Positions 21,692 through 34,171 of a stretch of 64,000 nucleotides of DNA are shown here, in pieces; the first letter of the stretch is position 1; each line of letters starts with the position of its first letter. The stretch lies in contig CDRNVI010000026.1 of NCBI GenBank assembly GCA_977017575.1, forward strand, positions 310,001 through 374,000, in the 5' to 3' direction. Position numbers and translations under genes: made by a program. The stretch comes from Paramoeba atlantica. Lineage: Eukaryota > Protista > Discosea. The notes beneath the pieces are model-generated. The model was given only the letters and a program-made list of their open reading frames with translations, was not told the DNA's origin and searched no databases.

Positions 21692-22149
21692 GGGGTAGGC
21701 CAGACAGGTTAGAAGCCTTCTAAACGGTTTTAATGGAAGGTGTGATTGGAGTTCGAATGGGGATGAGCACAAGAAAGGTGGAATTCCGCTTCAGCCGAAT
21801 TTCCTGCAGGGTGGTATTGATAGAGGTCTCCGGGGCCTTCGATGAGTGCTCGGCAACTCGATGAGTCGCAAACAATCGCGTCGTTGCGGTGTCTACGTCC
21901 TGTTTTCCAACAATGTTACCTGCTCCACATTTAGCTGATGGAGACCCGACCTTCCAGGGATTTGCCGACAAAATGATATTCTATTAGCGAAACAGAGTCT
22001 TCCGGATCACTCAGAGGATCACAACAGAGAGTACCGGATCACTCTGCTTTTTTTGTCATTGTAAGTAAACATGGTTTCGATACTGTTCTTCGTATCTACT
22101 GAATTCGGAATACTTAACGAAAGGAGAAAGAGCACAAAAGAAAAGAAAA

Positions 22150-23170
22150 AGAGGTGAACGCAGGTAGGGAGCACGGAGGTAGGGAGCAAGAGCTGTGGGA
22201 CACATCATCTGTTTTCCTGTGAAAACCCCCGTTGATGCATTGCAGCGAAGTTTGCCGAGGATGATTCGCACAAATTACCAAACATTTTCAAAGGCATAAG
22301 CAAGTTAAATTACTCTCAGTATTTGATGCGTTGTCTGCTGTCACATGAATTACATCAACGCTACGATTTTCTCAAAGCTCAAAAAAAGATGCGGAGATTA
22401 TCACGCAAGTTATTGCATTCTTTGCTCCTGATAGCTTTCGCGTTCACAGTAAGTTGGCAGCGTGCATCTGGGTCATGCACGCAAACATTGAAGAATTCAA
22501 TGTTTTGTATTTTACCGAGGTCAGAAAAAGCACTGGCATCGAATAAATTTTTCGGAAGAAGTGCTTCACCTCTTTTGACGATCGCAGCCTTTGTCTGATG
22601 TTCGCTCATGCTAGTGTTGATTGTTCCTTTCAGCTCACGCAGAATGCTCAAGGCAATTGTAGTAGAAGAGAACAGAGGGCATATATTTTTTCTTCCGTTG
22701 CCTCGGGGATAGCTCTCGTACTCAAATGAGTTTGCCGCAATTGGGGCACATTATGTGAATTCATGATCAGAATCATCAACTGGTTGTTTGCGATCAATTA
22801 GCATGTACATTCCCATGTGTCATATACATTCCCTTGATCTTTTCTTCGATCGCTACAAACTCTTCTTTGTACGCGGGGAGCCTATAATTTCTTTCCAGGA
22901 AGGATGGACGCTTTTAACATGCTCGATCAACACGGAGTGCGGGGGCTCGGCTGACTTTTTGATAGGCTTATAGCCATACACCTTGTTTGGCCTTACTCAC
23001 TTCGCACATAACCTGAATACTGGATTGGCTGGATTTCGCACAAACCATCACTCCATCAAGACCTAGCTTTCCGGCATTAGGGTGTACTTTATTCAATATA
23101 TTTTTTTTGCGGGCTTCGAGACATCTCGTTTGCCTAGCGAAGCGCTTTCTACATATATTGAAAACGACCA
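22150..23170 (-). pseudogene. Highly degenerate hAT-like transposase remnant
   Basis: BED-like LIEHVKSVHPSW; LVICANH (C-x2-H) followed by ILGKLRC; multiple stops and frameshifts. Confidence 0.35.
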
Positions 23171-24708
23171 CCTATTTTAACGAAACGACTAAAAAAGAAA
23201 ATATTAGGTAGAGAAAAATACGGGAACTGCGACAAAGGGGAAATCTAAAAAGAAGAGCACGACTTCCAGTGTACAACGCAAAGCGAAATCGAGCAAAAAA
23301 GAGGAGAACAAATCTAAAATGGAGAGACAAACCGAGTAATGTTGGTAAACGCAAACGTGTGGAAACTAAACAGACTGCTGCGCAAACAAAGAACTCGAAA
23401 GTAAAGCGAGTAAATAAGATTAAAAAGGGGACGTCACGGAAATAGGTAACGCAGGAAGGAATAGAGTGCGATGAGATAATATACATGTACATAGTCCATT
23501 GTTTGAGCACTTACTGTCCTCTTGAACAGCACGTCAGAACTTTTTATGTTCCTTCCTTCTTTTTGTATTTCTACATGTACACTGTATCATGTAGAAAAAT
23601 CATGGTACAGCTGTTAATTATTACAGTATAGATAAGTTACTTATCTATACTATTTAAAGTAGTACATCAAAAATTAGTTCGACTTAAAGTAGTACGATAC
23701 GTATTTTTATCTTAGGACTTCACTAAACATTTTATTGTTTTCTTGATCACCTAAGTAGTTCCTAACAACTAGACTTAATAGTCTGTACATTTTGTGCCAT
23801 AATTTGGTTACCATGTATTTTTTTGCAGTACATATTCATTTATATTCGTTCAATTTGTATATGCGGAGGTAATAAGAATTGAAAACCTTGGTTTTGATGT
23901 AATTTATTTGTAACCTTTATTATAAAGATACAGTTTCTGTACCTTGTTGCCCTTCCTTTCTTTTCCCGGAAACGGGCATATTCTTACTTTTAAATGCCCG
24001 TTTCCGGCTGACGGCTAGCTGGAACTGTCCCTCTTTGTCGCGGAAGTAGGGGACGCACTTCGCACTCTTCACCCCTCCCCGGCTCGCTCTCTTCAAGTGA
24101 GCTTTCTTCCCTCCCCGGCTCTCTACTTCTCGTGCTTTCTTCTCCCGGGAGCTATGCGCCATGGTGGCCTCCCTTGAGGACCACTGGGCGTGCTACAGCG
24201 GGAGGACACGTTGTATGCGTGTATAGGGGATGCGAACTTGCACCCCTCTCTCCCTACATGCTGTAGCGAGTGCGGCGGTAACGGACCTCCCCATGATGCA
24301 TCATGATCCACGATAGACCATCTGACAGCATGAACCCACGGCTTGACCGTGTTGCAGCATGAACCATGGCTATACGTGCTGTAGCATGACCGATGGGCGA
24401 CTCGTCTCCTACCTCGCACTCCACTCTCTGTGTGACACCCGTCGTATGCGGGTCATGCGCTGATGGTATCGGCCGTCACACAGAGAGACGTATCTCTGCG
24501 CCACGAGCGTATGATCATAACCATTCTATTGTGCCACTTTTAGTCTTGCATCATAAGAGACATATTGAGTATAATCAGTTTGCTTTCGAGCTCATTATTT
24601 TGAGTACATCATATGTCAATAGATGATGTTTTTACACAATGTACCCAAATGACTTTTGTAATCAAATTTTCATTCGCGTCTATCACAGTACTTTCCTTTT
24701 AAACATCC

Positions 24709-27700
24709 ATGCAATCATCGCGTGAGATTTACCTTGCCCGCCTGACACACTATCTAGAAGGCAACAACAGCGTCTTGGATCCTTTCCTGTGTATGTCTCA
24801 CCCTAGTCTATACCCTTCAGTACCCCAGATACCTGCCGCGACCCTCATGCTACACTATTCCGGACTGATAAAATCATCTATCCAGGATGAGGATAATGAC
24901 CATGAGGGTGCCGGTCCAAAGAAGAAAGCCCGTGTTTCTCGCTCGAAAGCGGATAAAGCCGAAAAAGAAATAAAAAACGTCCCCACAGAGAATCCTCCTG
25001 TCCAGGCCAATGAATTCCATCTCCTTTACGTTACTCGTATTCGTGAAACTGGTATTGAAGTGCAATTGCCCCATCGTCTGAAAGGATTCCTTCCCTTCTC
25101 CTTAATCTCCGTGGGGGAGCACTCCGATTGGGTACTCTCTGTGATACGGCGACACTGTGCCGTGCACTACGGACCTCTCCCCTTCCCCGTAGTTCCAGTC
25201 GGGTTGAGCCTACGAAACGGGGTCGTTCAGCTTTCTGCACTTTTTAAGCATACGAATATTGCTCGCCAACTTCAGCTTCGACAAGAATCGACACTCCCCT
25301 GTCCTGAGTCGGGTATTCAACAAACGCAGAAAGAAATTGAAAAACTGCTTTTACCTCCCATGCATGATTGGATAATGAATGAGACAAACATGAAACACGA
25401 ACTAGAGCTACAATCTTATTTATGGGATCGTCAAAAGTGGTTGTGCTGTGACACAGGGCATGGAGTGGTACCCACCGACAAGACTTCGGAAGAGCAAAAG
25501 CTGAGTTCTACTCTTGCATTTAGCTCTCCGTTACGTGAGGTAAGCTATCTGGTAGGCCGAGTACTCCCCGCTCGGATCCAGAGCGTTCTCTCCAAAGGGG
25601 TTAAATTTTCCTTGCCGGGTGGGATCACAGGGATCGCATTCCGTCCCGCACGAGGCGGGAAACGAGGAAAGTCGGAAAAGCAAGGAGCGCAATCGCAAGC
25701 TCCTGCCACAGAGGAAATTGGAAATGAAGTCCCCATTCGTATTCTTGATTTTGACTTGGAGAACTCTCTGGTGGACGTAACAATGGATCTCCGATGGGTC
25801 AAAACAGCGCCAAGAACAGAAGCAGACTACGTGTCCATTCGACAAATGTTTGAGTCCACAGCCAACAGAGTACACAACGCATCTGCGGAGAATGATGAAT
25901 TTTTTCGTCCGTGTTCACCTTTTCAAAAGACTTGCTTTTCAGCCCATGTGATTCTGAACAAGTCCAATTACAGTATCGTAGCCGTGCATCTTACAAAATC
26001 CAATGACTTCAAGGATAATTCCTCAAGTACCGTCCGTGATGCAGCAGAGAACAATGCGCAGAGCGAGGTGAAATACACACTCATTGCTTATATCCCACGC
26101 ACGACAATATCAAATACGAACCACAGACAGAATACCCGTTCCGCTTCCGATACGAATTCTTCCTTGAAAGTAGGCACCACGATTCAAGTTCACTTTGCTC
26201 ACCTCTGGTCTCCCCTGTTTCCGTTCTACGTTGTGAATACAATGTCGAACACACAAATCGGATCTTCCGAGCGCATTGAGCACACCATAACACCTTTTAT
26301 AACCCCCCTTCCCACTTCCGATGCATTCCTGCGACTTTTACAAAAGCCACTCCCTGATGAAGAAATCTTAGCCGATCCCGATCTCACCTATGCGCAACAC
26401 GCACTTCAACAACAAAACAGAATGAATCTCTACAACACAAACGAACGCCTCGTAATCGACGAACGCGCTCTTCCTCTTCCTTGGAAATGTACTTCCGCGA
26501 AACAAAAAAAGGAACTCTACTTTTATGGGTTAACCCGACCGAAGGTAAACCCATTCCTTCTTCAGTCCTCCACAAACGAAAAATCCATTTCTGAAAAATC
26601 AAACTCTGAAAAATCAATTTCCGGAAAATCAATTTCCGAAAAATCGATTTCTGAACCATCCATTTCCGAGAACTCATCCAAGAAATCATCCAATCCCCTC
26701 TCCCGTCGTGCTCGCGAAACCCTCATCCAATCCGTCGAGGCGAAACACGCCCAAATCCAACACAACACTCCCCTCTCCCTGTCCTCTCTTCACGCGCTCT
26801 CCTCCTCGGAAGACTTCGAGCGCGCGCTGGTGACCTCTCCCCAAAATCCGGAACTCTGGGAAAAGTTCATCCACTTCGCTTCGGAGTCCGGAGCCCCGGA
26901 ATCCGGTCGTCGTACTGCGGAACGCGCCTTGGGGGTTCTGGATGTGCGAAACGAGAGGGGCCGGTTTCTCGTTTGGGTGAGTTACCTGAAACTCGAGCAC
27001 ACGTACGGGACCGCCGAGAGTGTGGAGAGTCTGTTGAAAAGAGCCACGTCGCAGTGCGACGCCCCGTTAAAGGTAGCGCTGCGTATGGCGGAGATCTATG
27101 AGGAGGCGGGGGATCTCCATTCGGCTTTTTCGTTATTTCGACAACTCTTAATTGATAAAACCTATAAACATGTCCCGGAGGTCTGGATGCGGTATGGGAA
27201 ACATTGTGTGCGCGCGCATCGGGTGGATGCGGTCCATGCGTTGTTAAAGAATGTGGTGCTGGCGCTGCCGAGTAAGCAGGAGCACTGTCTCGTGATGCTG
27301 CATGTGGGGCTGGCGTGGTATGGCAACGGGGAGGAGCTGAGAGGTCGGGCCCTGTTTGAACGACTCCTGGGGGAATACCCGAAAAAAGGCGATTTGTGGA
27401 ATGTGTATGTGGATCAGGAAATGAGGGGGTTGAGGAGGAGCGCGCCGGGAGGGGAGAAATCGGAAGATTTGAACGAGAGCGAGAAAAAGAAAAGGAAGAG
27501 AGAAAAGAGAGCGCGTGAGAAACAGGGAGGTGAGGATGATTCGTTGTCGTTTGTGCATCGAATAACGCATATCCGTGAGATTTATCTTCGTATGACATCG
27601 TTGTCGCTTCCTCCACGTAAAATGGAGTCCTGTCTGTCTCGTTTTATGGAGTTTGAGAAACAGTATGGGGATGAGAAGAGTGTGGAGGTGGTGCGGAATC

Positions 27701-27747
27701 GTGCGTTGTCGTATGTGGAGGCCAAGGAGAGAGAGGCGTCGGTGTAG
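24709..27747 (+). CDS. RRP5: rRNA biogenesis protein RRP5 (few S1-like domains, C-terminal HAT/TPR repeats)
   Basis: SSEDFERALVTSPQNPELWEKFIHF...RRTAERALGVL...ERGRFLVWVSYLKLEHTYG...GRALFERLLGEYPKKGDLWNVYVDQE...FMEFEKQYGD. Confidence 0.9.
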   Translation: MQSSREIYLARLTHYLEGNNSVLDPFLCMSHPSLYPSVPQIPAATLMLHYSGLIKSSIQDEDNDHEGAGPKKKARVSRSKADKAEKEIKNVPTENPPVQANEFHLLYVTRIRETGIEVQLPHRLKGFLPFSLISVGEHSDWVLSVIRRHCAVHYGPLPFPVVPVGLSLRNGVVQLSALFKHTNIARQLQLRQESTLPCPESGIQQTQKEIEKLLLPPMHDWIMNETNMKHELELQSYLWDRQKWLCCDTGHGVVPTDKTSEEQKLSSTLAFSSPLREVSYLVGRVLPARIQSVLSKGVKFSLPGGITGIAFRPARGGKRGKSEKQGAQSQAPATEEIGNEVPIRILDFDLENSLVDVTMDLRWVKTAPRTEADYVSIRQMFESTANRVHNASAENDEFFRPCSPFQKTCFSAHVILNKSNYSIVAVHLTKSNDFKDNSSSTVRDAAENNAQSEVKYTLIAYIPRTTISNTNHRQNTRSASDTNSSLKVGTTIQVHFAHLWSPLFPFYVVNTMSNTQIGSSERIEHTITPFITPLPTSDAFLRLLQKPLPDEEILADPDLTYAQHALQQQNRMNLYNTNERLVIDERALPLPWKCTSAKQKKELYFYGLTRPKVNPFLLQSSTNEKSISEKSNSEKSISGKSISEKSISEPSISENSSKKSSNPLSRRARETLIQSVEAKHAQIQHNTPLSLSSLHALSSSEDFERALVTSPQNPELWEKFIHFASESGAPESGRRTAERALGVLDVRNERGRFLVWVSYLKLEHTYGTAESVESLLKRATSQCDAPLKVALRMAEIYEEAGDLHSAFSLFRQLLIDKTYKHVPEVWMRYGKHCVRAHRVDAVHALLKNVVLALPSKQEHCLVMLHVGLAWYGNGEELRGRALFERLLGEYPKKGDLWNVYVDQEMRGLRRSAPGGEKSEDLNESEKKKRKREKRAREKQGGEDDSLSFVHRITHIREIYLRMTSLSLPPRKMESCLSRFMEFEKQYGDEKSVEVVRNRALSYVEAKEREASV

Positions 27748-28158
27748 GCAAGGGAAAGTGTGGATACGCGTTCGCTGTCGATTTTTCGGTTGATATTCAG
27801 CGTCGGGCTTAAGGCATTATGGTTGTAGTCCTGATAAAAATTGTCTTTCATCATATTGATAAGAGAGAAAAAGAGAGAGAGCGTTTCTGCTTATTCACAG
27901 TTTTCATTTATTTTATAGTATTATTTCTTCGTATTATTGCTTTAACCATTGACTTGAGAATAGACACACGACCTTGTTATTCATTTACGGTTTCGCATTT
28001 GTAATGTTCTGCGCTTACCATGAATTAGGGTCGCACAATGATGGGTACACATATTACAATGTAAGCTCTAGCTTTGTACGTGATGAACTATAAAAAGCGA
28101 AGAAAGGTTTGTTTTTGAAGTCGGTCGCACGCCTCAGAATATTGCCGTATCTCATTGA

Positions 28159-30720
28159 ATGGACCTTGAATTAAGCCACGAGGCGACACTGCTCTTTGGG
28201 TTCGCCGCATGGTCTTCTTCGAGAGTATGTCATTGGATTTATCAAAATAGGATGTCAAAACACAAAAAACAAGAACAGCAGTGGCAGAGCGCAGCATTAG
28301 AATTACTCGAACGTATTCGTTTGGATCGCCAGCGAATGATTGACCTTAAGTCTAACTATACCTATCAGCTTGATCGAGAGGAATTTATCGAGCTATTTGA
28401 TTGGGGGAAACGTATTGGAATCAAGGTTTCACATCCGGTACGTCAGCGCCTTGCAACGGAATTGCTTCATAGTGTGCAGCATGAATGGAGTTCCTCTGAA
28501 CAGCATGATTTTGATTCAGGAAACAATGAGACATACGAGGCGCTACCGCTATTTTTTCGTACTTCATTCTCATGTGAAAAGACTCTCTCTTCGGATGGTC
28601 TTTCCTGGGAGGATGTACTTTTTCGTTGTCCAGAGCTCACGAATCTTCTGCCACGTGAAGTGCGCAAGGCAGTGCGTCGTCATTTAAGATCGCGCACGAG
28701 GTCCCATCTTTTTTCCATGTTCCGTTACTTATTTATGCGTTCGGGCATAAAACTTGCCATAACTTTGCTGATTATCCCATTCTCGGCTACGTATACATGG
28801 CATGATATTCATATCAAGGCGGAGCAGACAGAAAAATGCGAATCCTTAATCGCACGCATTCTTCAAAGAAATCAAAGCTTAAAGGAATCCTATAATAAGG
28901 ACCATTGGTTTGGTCCACATGACCCTACCTTGTTCTGTGATATTGGTAACCATATCCTTACAATGGCTGCAACATGGGTCATGACATCTGCAACACAGGG
29001 CTTGATTTCTCGATTAGGCCAGGAGGGTGCGCGATGGTATCGAAGGATTCAGAAGCAACAACTTTACGTTGCCCTATCGAAACTTCCTGCAACTTTTTAT
29101 GACTTTCACAGTGCCGCTGATGTGGAGCAGATTGTCTATTATGTAGATGATTTAGAGGGAATTGACGTCCAAGTGTTTTTACACCTCGTTCATGGAACTC
29201 GGGGAATACTTCGAGTCATTGCGCTGAGTAAAATGCTTCGCTCATCATCGAAAGTTGGAAGTTTACTTTTACTTTCCTATGTCATGCAGAACGCCAAGGA
29301 GTGGTTGCGCGAGTACATTACAACGCTTTTGTTGGATGACACAGATATGTCGAGCGTTCATAAAGGGGATTCTTGCTTAAGCTCTCGGTCCAGTTCTCAA
29401 CAATCCGTAGGATTCTCTGTACTTTTAGAGAACATGCGGACGTTTCGTGCCATGAATATTGATCAGTCACTTTGGAAGTCTTTTAGGCTTATACCAGAGG
29501 AAGCTTCCTGTGGCTCTTCTCGAATGTCCAACATGCTATGTAACGTTCAACATTTCCTTTGCCATTTCCTGCAGCAGGAAGTTTCGTGCCTAAGCACAAG
29601 TACCTTTGGTGCAGTATGGTCTTCCATGCAACTTTTTATAATTTCCATTCTATTTCCCTCGTTTAACAGTATTGCACAAGTTTATCAAGCAAGAACCTTA
29701 CTGAATGAGTGTCTTGCGGAGGCTTCATCTTTACCAATGTTAACTCATATTATTTCACTCCAGGCTTCTAAGGCGCACGTGCTGTGCAACATCCTTGACT
29801 ATACCCCACAAGAGCGTACGTTGATCCCTAAAACACCCGAAGAGCCTTCGTGCACAGAGGAAGTAGGTGCATGTGTTTATTCCGGGAGCATAGTTTTTTC
29901 GAACGTCACTTTTGCCTATCCTACCCGCCCAGATATCCCGGTCTTAAATCATTCGAATCTCACACTTCCACTGGGCAGTTTTTGCGCCATCCAGGGCCCG
30001 AATGGTAGAGGAAAGTCAACACTTCTACTTTTGCTGTGCGGCGTATACACTCCGCAGCAGGGCAGTCTTGCGCTGGAGTTCGTCACGACATGCAAACGTT
30101 TGGTGGATACACTATCACCTGAATATTGTATCGAGATGACAACAAGAAACTTTTGCGAAGTTGTTAAAGAATTTCATGTAGGCATGTTGTCCTCCGTGAC
30201 TGGCTACGTTCCTCAAATTTTTATTCAGCTTCCAGGTAGCATTATGGACAATGTTATTTGTGCTCGAGATGGGTATGGTCAAGGCGATGTCATTCGGGCC
30301 TGCAAGCAAGCAGGTCTGCACAGGATGATTTCAAGTCTTCCAGAGGGCTATCACACAAAACTTGGAGCTAAGAGTTACTCACTAAGTCAGGGTCAGGCGC
30401 AACGGCTATCACTTGCACGAGCCCTTCTCACGCGACCGCGTATCTTACTTTTAGATGAGCCCACGTCTGCTCTAGACAAGGAAAATGAATTACATGTTAC
30501 AGATTTTCTACATTCTTTTGTAGCTTCCAAGTCTGACTCTACGATGAAATTGAAATCTTCGCTAACTACGAGATCTGTTTCCGTTCCTTCCTATAATTTT
30601 ACAGGAAGGGGAGATTTAACTACGGAAGAAACATCATTACATTGTATTCCTCGAACTGTGATATGCGCCACACATTCTTCCACAGTGATACGAAGTGCTG
30701 ACTACAAGATTTCACTTTAA
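28159..30720 (+). CDS. ABC half-transporter (ABCB-like), divergent membrane region
   Basis: VTFAYPTRPDIPVL; Walker A GPNGRGKST; signature LSQGQAQRL; Walker B ILLLDEPTSALD; H-loop ATHS. Confidence 0.85.
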   Translation: MDLELSHEATLLFGFAAWSSSRVCHWIYQNRMSKHKKQEQQWQSAALELLERIRLDRQRMIDLKSNYTYQLDREEFIELFDWGKRIGIKVSHPVRQRLATELLHSVQHEWSSSEQHDFDSGNNETYEALPLFFRTSFSCEKTLSSDGLSWEDVLFRCPELTNLLPREVRKAVRRHLRSRTRSHLFSMFRYLFMRSGIKLAITLLIIPFSATYTWHDIHIKAEQTEKCESLIARILQRNQSLKESYNKDHWFGPHDPTLFCDIGNHILTMAATWVMTSATQGLISRLGQEGARWYRRIQKQQLYVALSKLPATFYDFHSAADVEQIVYYVDDLEGIDVQVFLHLVHGTRGILRVIALSKMLRSSSKVGSLLLLSYVMQNAKEWLREYITTLLLDDTDMSSVHKGDSCLSSRSSSQQSVGFSVLLENMRTFRAMNIDQSLWKSFRLIPEEASCGSSRMSNMLCNVQHFLCHFLQQEVSCLSTSTFGAVWSSMQLFIISILFPSFNSIAQVYQARTLLNECLAEASSLPMLTHIISLQASKAHVLCNILDYTPQERTLIPKTPEEPSCTEEVGACVYSGSIVFSNVTFAYPTRPDIPVLNHSNLTLPLGSFCAIQGPNGRGKSTLLLLLCGVYTPQQGSLALEFVTTCKRLVDTLSPEYCIEMTTRNFCEVVKEFHVGMLSSVTGYVPQIFIQLPGSIMDNVICARDGYGQGDVIRACKQAGLHRMISSLPEGYHTKLGAKSYSLSQGQAQRLSLARALLTRPRILLLDEPTSALDKENELHVTDFLHSFVASKSDSTMKLKSSLTTRSVSVPSYNFTGRGDLTTEETSLHCIPRTVICATHSSTVIRSADYKISL

Positions 30721-31190
30721 TTTTCGGTGGGGGACCTCAAATTACGAATCGGACCCATGGGCCGAACAAAGGCTAGATTTCTGTCATCATTGAACCAGAA
30801 TTGTACGGTCCCGTGGTCCACCGATATTTTTTCCTCAGTGGTGAAGAGAAGACACTCAGTATTCCACATAAGCCTAAAGAGTTTCACTACTACGACATGA
30901 GTTCGCGCACAAACGTGCATAGACCGATGCCTATCAATGTACACATTAAAGCGCTTCACAGTGCCGCGCAGGTATGCGAAAGATTGATTAAACTTTGCCT
31001 CCTGGATAAGCGTTGGTTGTTTGTGCGCACGCTTGTATTCATTTGGGAATATCGTGTGCGAATTAGCGATATACACAAAAGGTCGCAATAGCGGCATTGG
31101 TTCCTGAGCAACCCACGCATGACTTGGGAATCATGATGGAACAAAACTCTTAGAATCATGTTCTGAGCCAATAGACGGACCATGGTACCA
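30720..31190 (-). pseudogene. PIF/Harbinger- or ISL2EU-like (DDE_Tnp_4) transposase C-terminal remnant, cut by a Tc1 insertion
   Basis: GSEHDSKSF (GSxHD motif) and EAKFNQSFAYLRGTVKRF (FN...R..VER-like); in-frame stop. Confidence 0.45.
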
Positions 31191-31192
31191 TA

Positions 31193-32824
31193 CAGTCCAG
31201 GTATTGGTTTCCCCCCCAGGCTCCTGAGCACACCGTAAGAGCTTTTAACCTAATTCCTTCGGCATTCAACGGATCTCGAAAAAGTAGAGCGTTTCCCGCC
31301 GTTTGTTTGCCCATCACCCCCCCTGGGTTCTGGGTGGGTGTGATCAAAGATGGCAAATTTCAAAAGTAAAAATATTTTTGAAGGGGAGTAAAAAATGACA
31401 AAAAAGGTGTATGAATTCCTATATTAATACCCACAATGGTCTCCTTGAACGCTCTGCACTATTCGCAAGCGTTTAGGTACTGAATTTATGCAATTTAAGA
31501 CTTGGCGTCGATAAGGATGACGCTTAAGCATCATGAAGGCTTTCTTTATTGCCTTCCGGAGCTGTGTTCCAGTCTCTGGCTTCAGAATTTCTTTCACAAT
31601 TCGGTCCATTATTGACCAAACATTCTCGATCGGATTGAGGTCAGGAGAGAGTGCTGGCCACTCCAATCGAGTAATTCCTTTTTCGAAAAGGACACGCTTC
31701 GTTTTGTTATGCGTGGCCGCATTGTCCATTTGCACAATCGCTTGTTCTCTATTTTCAACTAAATATTCAAGAATACCCCCCCTTTTTGAAAAACACTCAA
31801 CGAGAATCGTTTCACCCTTCACGGAACTTGCATCCCTAATTTTTTTACCTTGCGATTGGGATGAAAACAAATGCAAAAAAGGGCCGTGTTTCACACTCAT
31901 TCCCATCCATACCATGACAACTTTACCACCAAACCATCGGTTGTTTCTCCTCATTTTAATTTTGGTACATCCTTTCTTTCCGATAAAAAAGCGAGAGTAA
32001 GTCTTTGAACCACATGTAAATTTTTTTTCGTCCGTCCAAATTATAGAATCTAGTTTTTCTTTGGGAAAGGACAATAAAGACTCTGCTAGACCTAAGCGGG
32101 CCTCTTTGTGATGTTGCTTTAACTCGCAGCTAGGTGCTTTTGCTTGTAGTAGGTAATTTAATGAACGTAGAGTTTACTTTATTGTGCTTAGAGAGCAATG
32201 AAACCCCTTTTTAATCATTTCGTTATGTACTCAAGGAAAGGATGGGCAGCCATCGATTGTTTTGTTAGCATCGTCAACAACTTTGACGATTGGGGCCCTG
32301 AATGGCTTCGTAGACACAGAGAAACCAGGGCCTGGGTGGGGTTTGGGTTCTAGTGGACTTTTAGACTTCCACGTAGACAGAATTTCGCGGACAGTCTTTC
32401 TGTCCCTGCCAAAATTTTTAGCTAAAGTATAAATCGAATTTCCTTTTCTATATTGGCGGACAATTTCAAGGCGCTCTGGGAGTGCACATCGCGAAGTTTT
32501 ATGGGTAATAGGGGGTCTCTTGTTTTTCGGCGAGTTGGAGTACTGACCTTTAGTAGATTTAACGGGGGTATCCCTCAAATTCATAGAATAAGAAACCATA
32601 TTTAATAAAAAAATCCTAATTTTTTGAAATATTGGATTTTTTTGTTAAAATTACTCTATTTTTTCGTGTGTTTTCAAAATATTTTTGACCCAGGGGGGGT
32701 GATGGGCAAAAAAACGACGGGAAACGCTCTACTTTTTCGAGATCTGTTGAATGCCGAAGGAATTAGGTCAAAAGCTCTTACGGTGTGCTCAGGAGCCTGG
32801 GGGGGGAAACCAGTACCTGGACTG
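31193..32824 (-). mobile_element. Tc1-like transposon, 1632 bp, ~135-bp TIRs, disrupted transposase (HTH 32231-32599; DDE 31424-32074)
   Basis: TA|CAGTCCAGG...CCTGGACTG|TA; WTDEKKF, QMDNAATH, WPALSPDLNPIENVW. Confidence 0.92.
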
Positions 32825-33040
32825 TATATGCTGTATAAACGGAGAAGTGTAAAGAGCGAGGGACTAAAGACGTAAAGAGATGATAGAAGCCACGACAAAG
32901 ACTTTTTTTGTATCTTTTTAGAATATTTTTTCGGGAAATCTAATATTCTTTTGTAAAAGGCGAATTCTCCTTCACTTTACCGGAAAACAGAAAGCAAGCA
33001 ATTTACGGCTTATGCAATATTCCTTGACTTAAGCAATTCT

Positions 33041-33790
33041 TTGACTTATGCAAAATTCCTTCACTTTGGGCGAGCTAAACTGCCAGACGAATACCATTTA
33101 GCTCAATTCCTACAGGACATCGACAACAAACATCCCTCCTGGACTACGTGTACTCCCGTATGCAAGTGGGATAAGGTGGAGTGTGATGAGAAAGGTGAAA
33201 TTTTTCGAATTAATTGGACGAAGCTCTCTCTCGACGGAATACCACATTGGATTCATATATTGAGTATAAGGTGCACTTTTATACTCCTTGCTGATAACAA
33301 GCTAAGAAAAGGAATTGTACTAAAATGATTACCCCCGAATATTAGATATTTCGATGGTAGCGGTAACTACTTTGGTGGCAGCTTAAATTTAGAAACATTG
33401 TCAGAACAACTACAGTTCCTCCATTTAGTTCGCTGCGACTTACGCGGGTTCATTTCTCTTGACACACTGCCTCATGAATTCAAGTCGCTCGTATTAGGAG
33501 GAAATAATCTCCGGGGTCCTCTCGACTTTCGAGCTTTACCAATCACAATTTAGTCGTTGGGCCTCAGTAATAACAACTTCTCGGGACCTGTAGCTTTCCA
33601 CGCCCTTCCACATAATGTTTTGCTGTACTTGTACAACAACCCGAATCTCTGGGGTGAATTTGATCCAATACTTTTCAAAAACAACATTATCACTGATGGC
33701 ACACGAATCAAGAAACTCCCGCCTCGCGGTTCTTATCGTTGCTTTTTGCCTCTGCGATACGTTTTTGATTCCGATGTTTGGAATTTTTAG
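33041..33790 (+). pseudogene. LRR family pseudogene
   Basis: LPDEYHL...HPSW...VCKWDKVEC cap; frameshift near 33325 and in-frame TAG near 33551; LRRs continue downstream. Confidence 0.8.
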
Positions 33791-34171
33791 GAGAAATCCA
33801 AATTACATTTATTTTCTTCGAATTAATTTGTTTATTTGAATCGCCACCATACATGGCTGGAGTGCTGCGGGGAAGTTCGGTGAAAGGGGTCGTTTCGATA
33901 CACTGAGACCCAATGCTTTATCCACCCCGTAAATGTTTTATTATAAGGGCGATTTTTTCTACTGCTAGTCGGTAGGCATCGCGTGTTTCTTTCGGATTAA
34001 GATGTGCACGTGCTGCTAAGAAAACGGGAAACCCAAAACAATGATCCTCTGCGGAAAAATTGATATAAACGTTTTATTGCACTTCACGTCCGGTAATTAT
34101 TTTTTTCCCGTAGAAAACCTAGAAACCGTTTTTTCACCTTATTCCTACGCTCCTTTCTCCCTCTCCAAGAA

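Noticed and set aside
24290-24325. Box C/D snoRNA (ATGATG...CTGA)
   Set aside because: Boxes are only about 33 nt apart, with an imperfect C box and no terminal stem.
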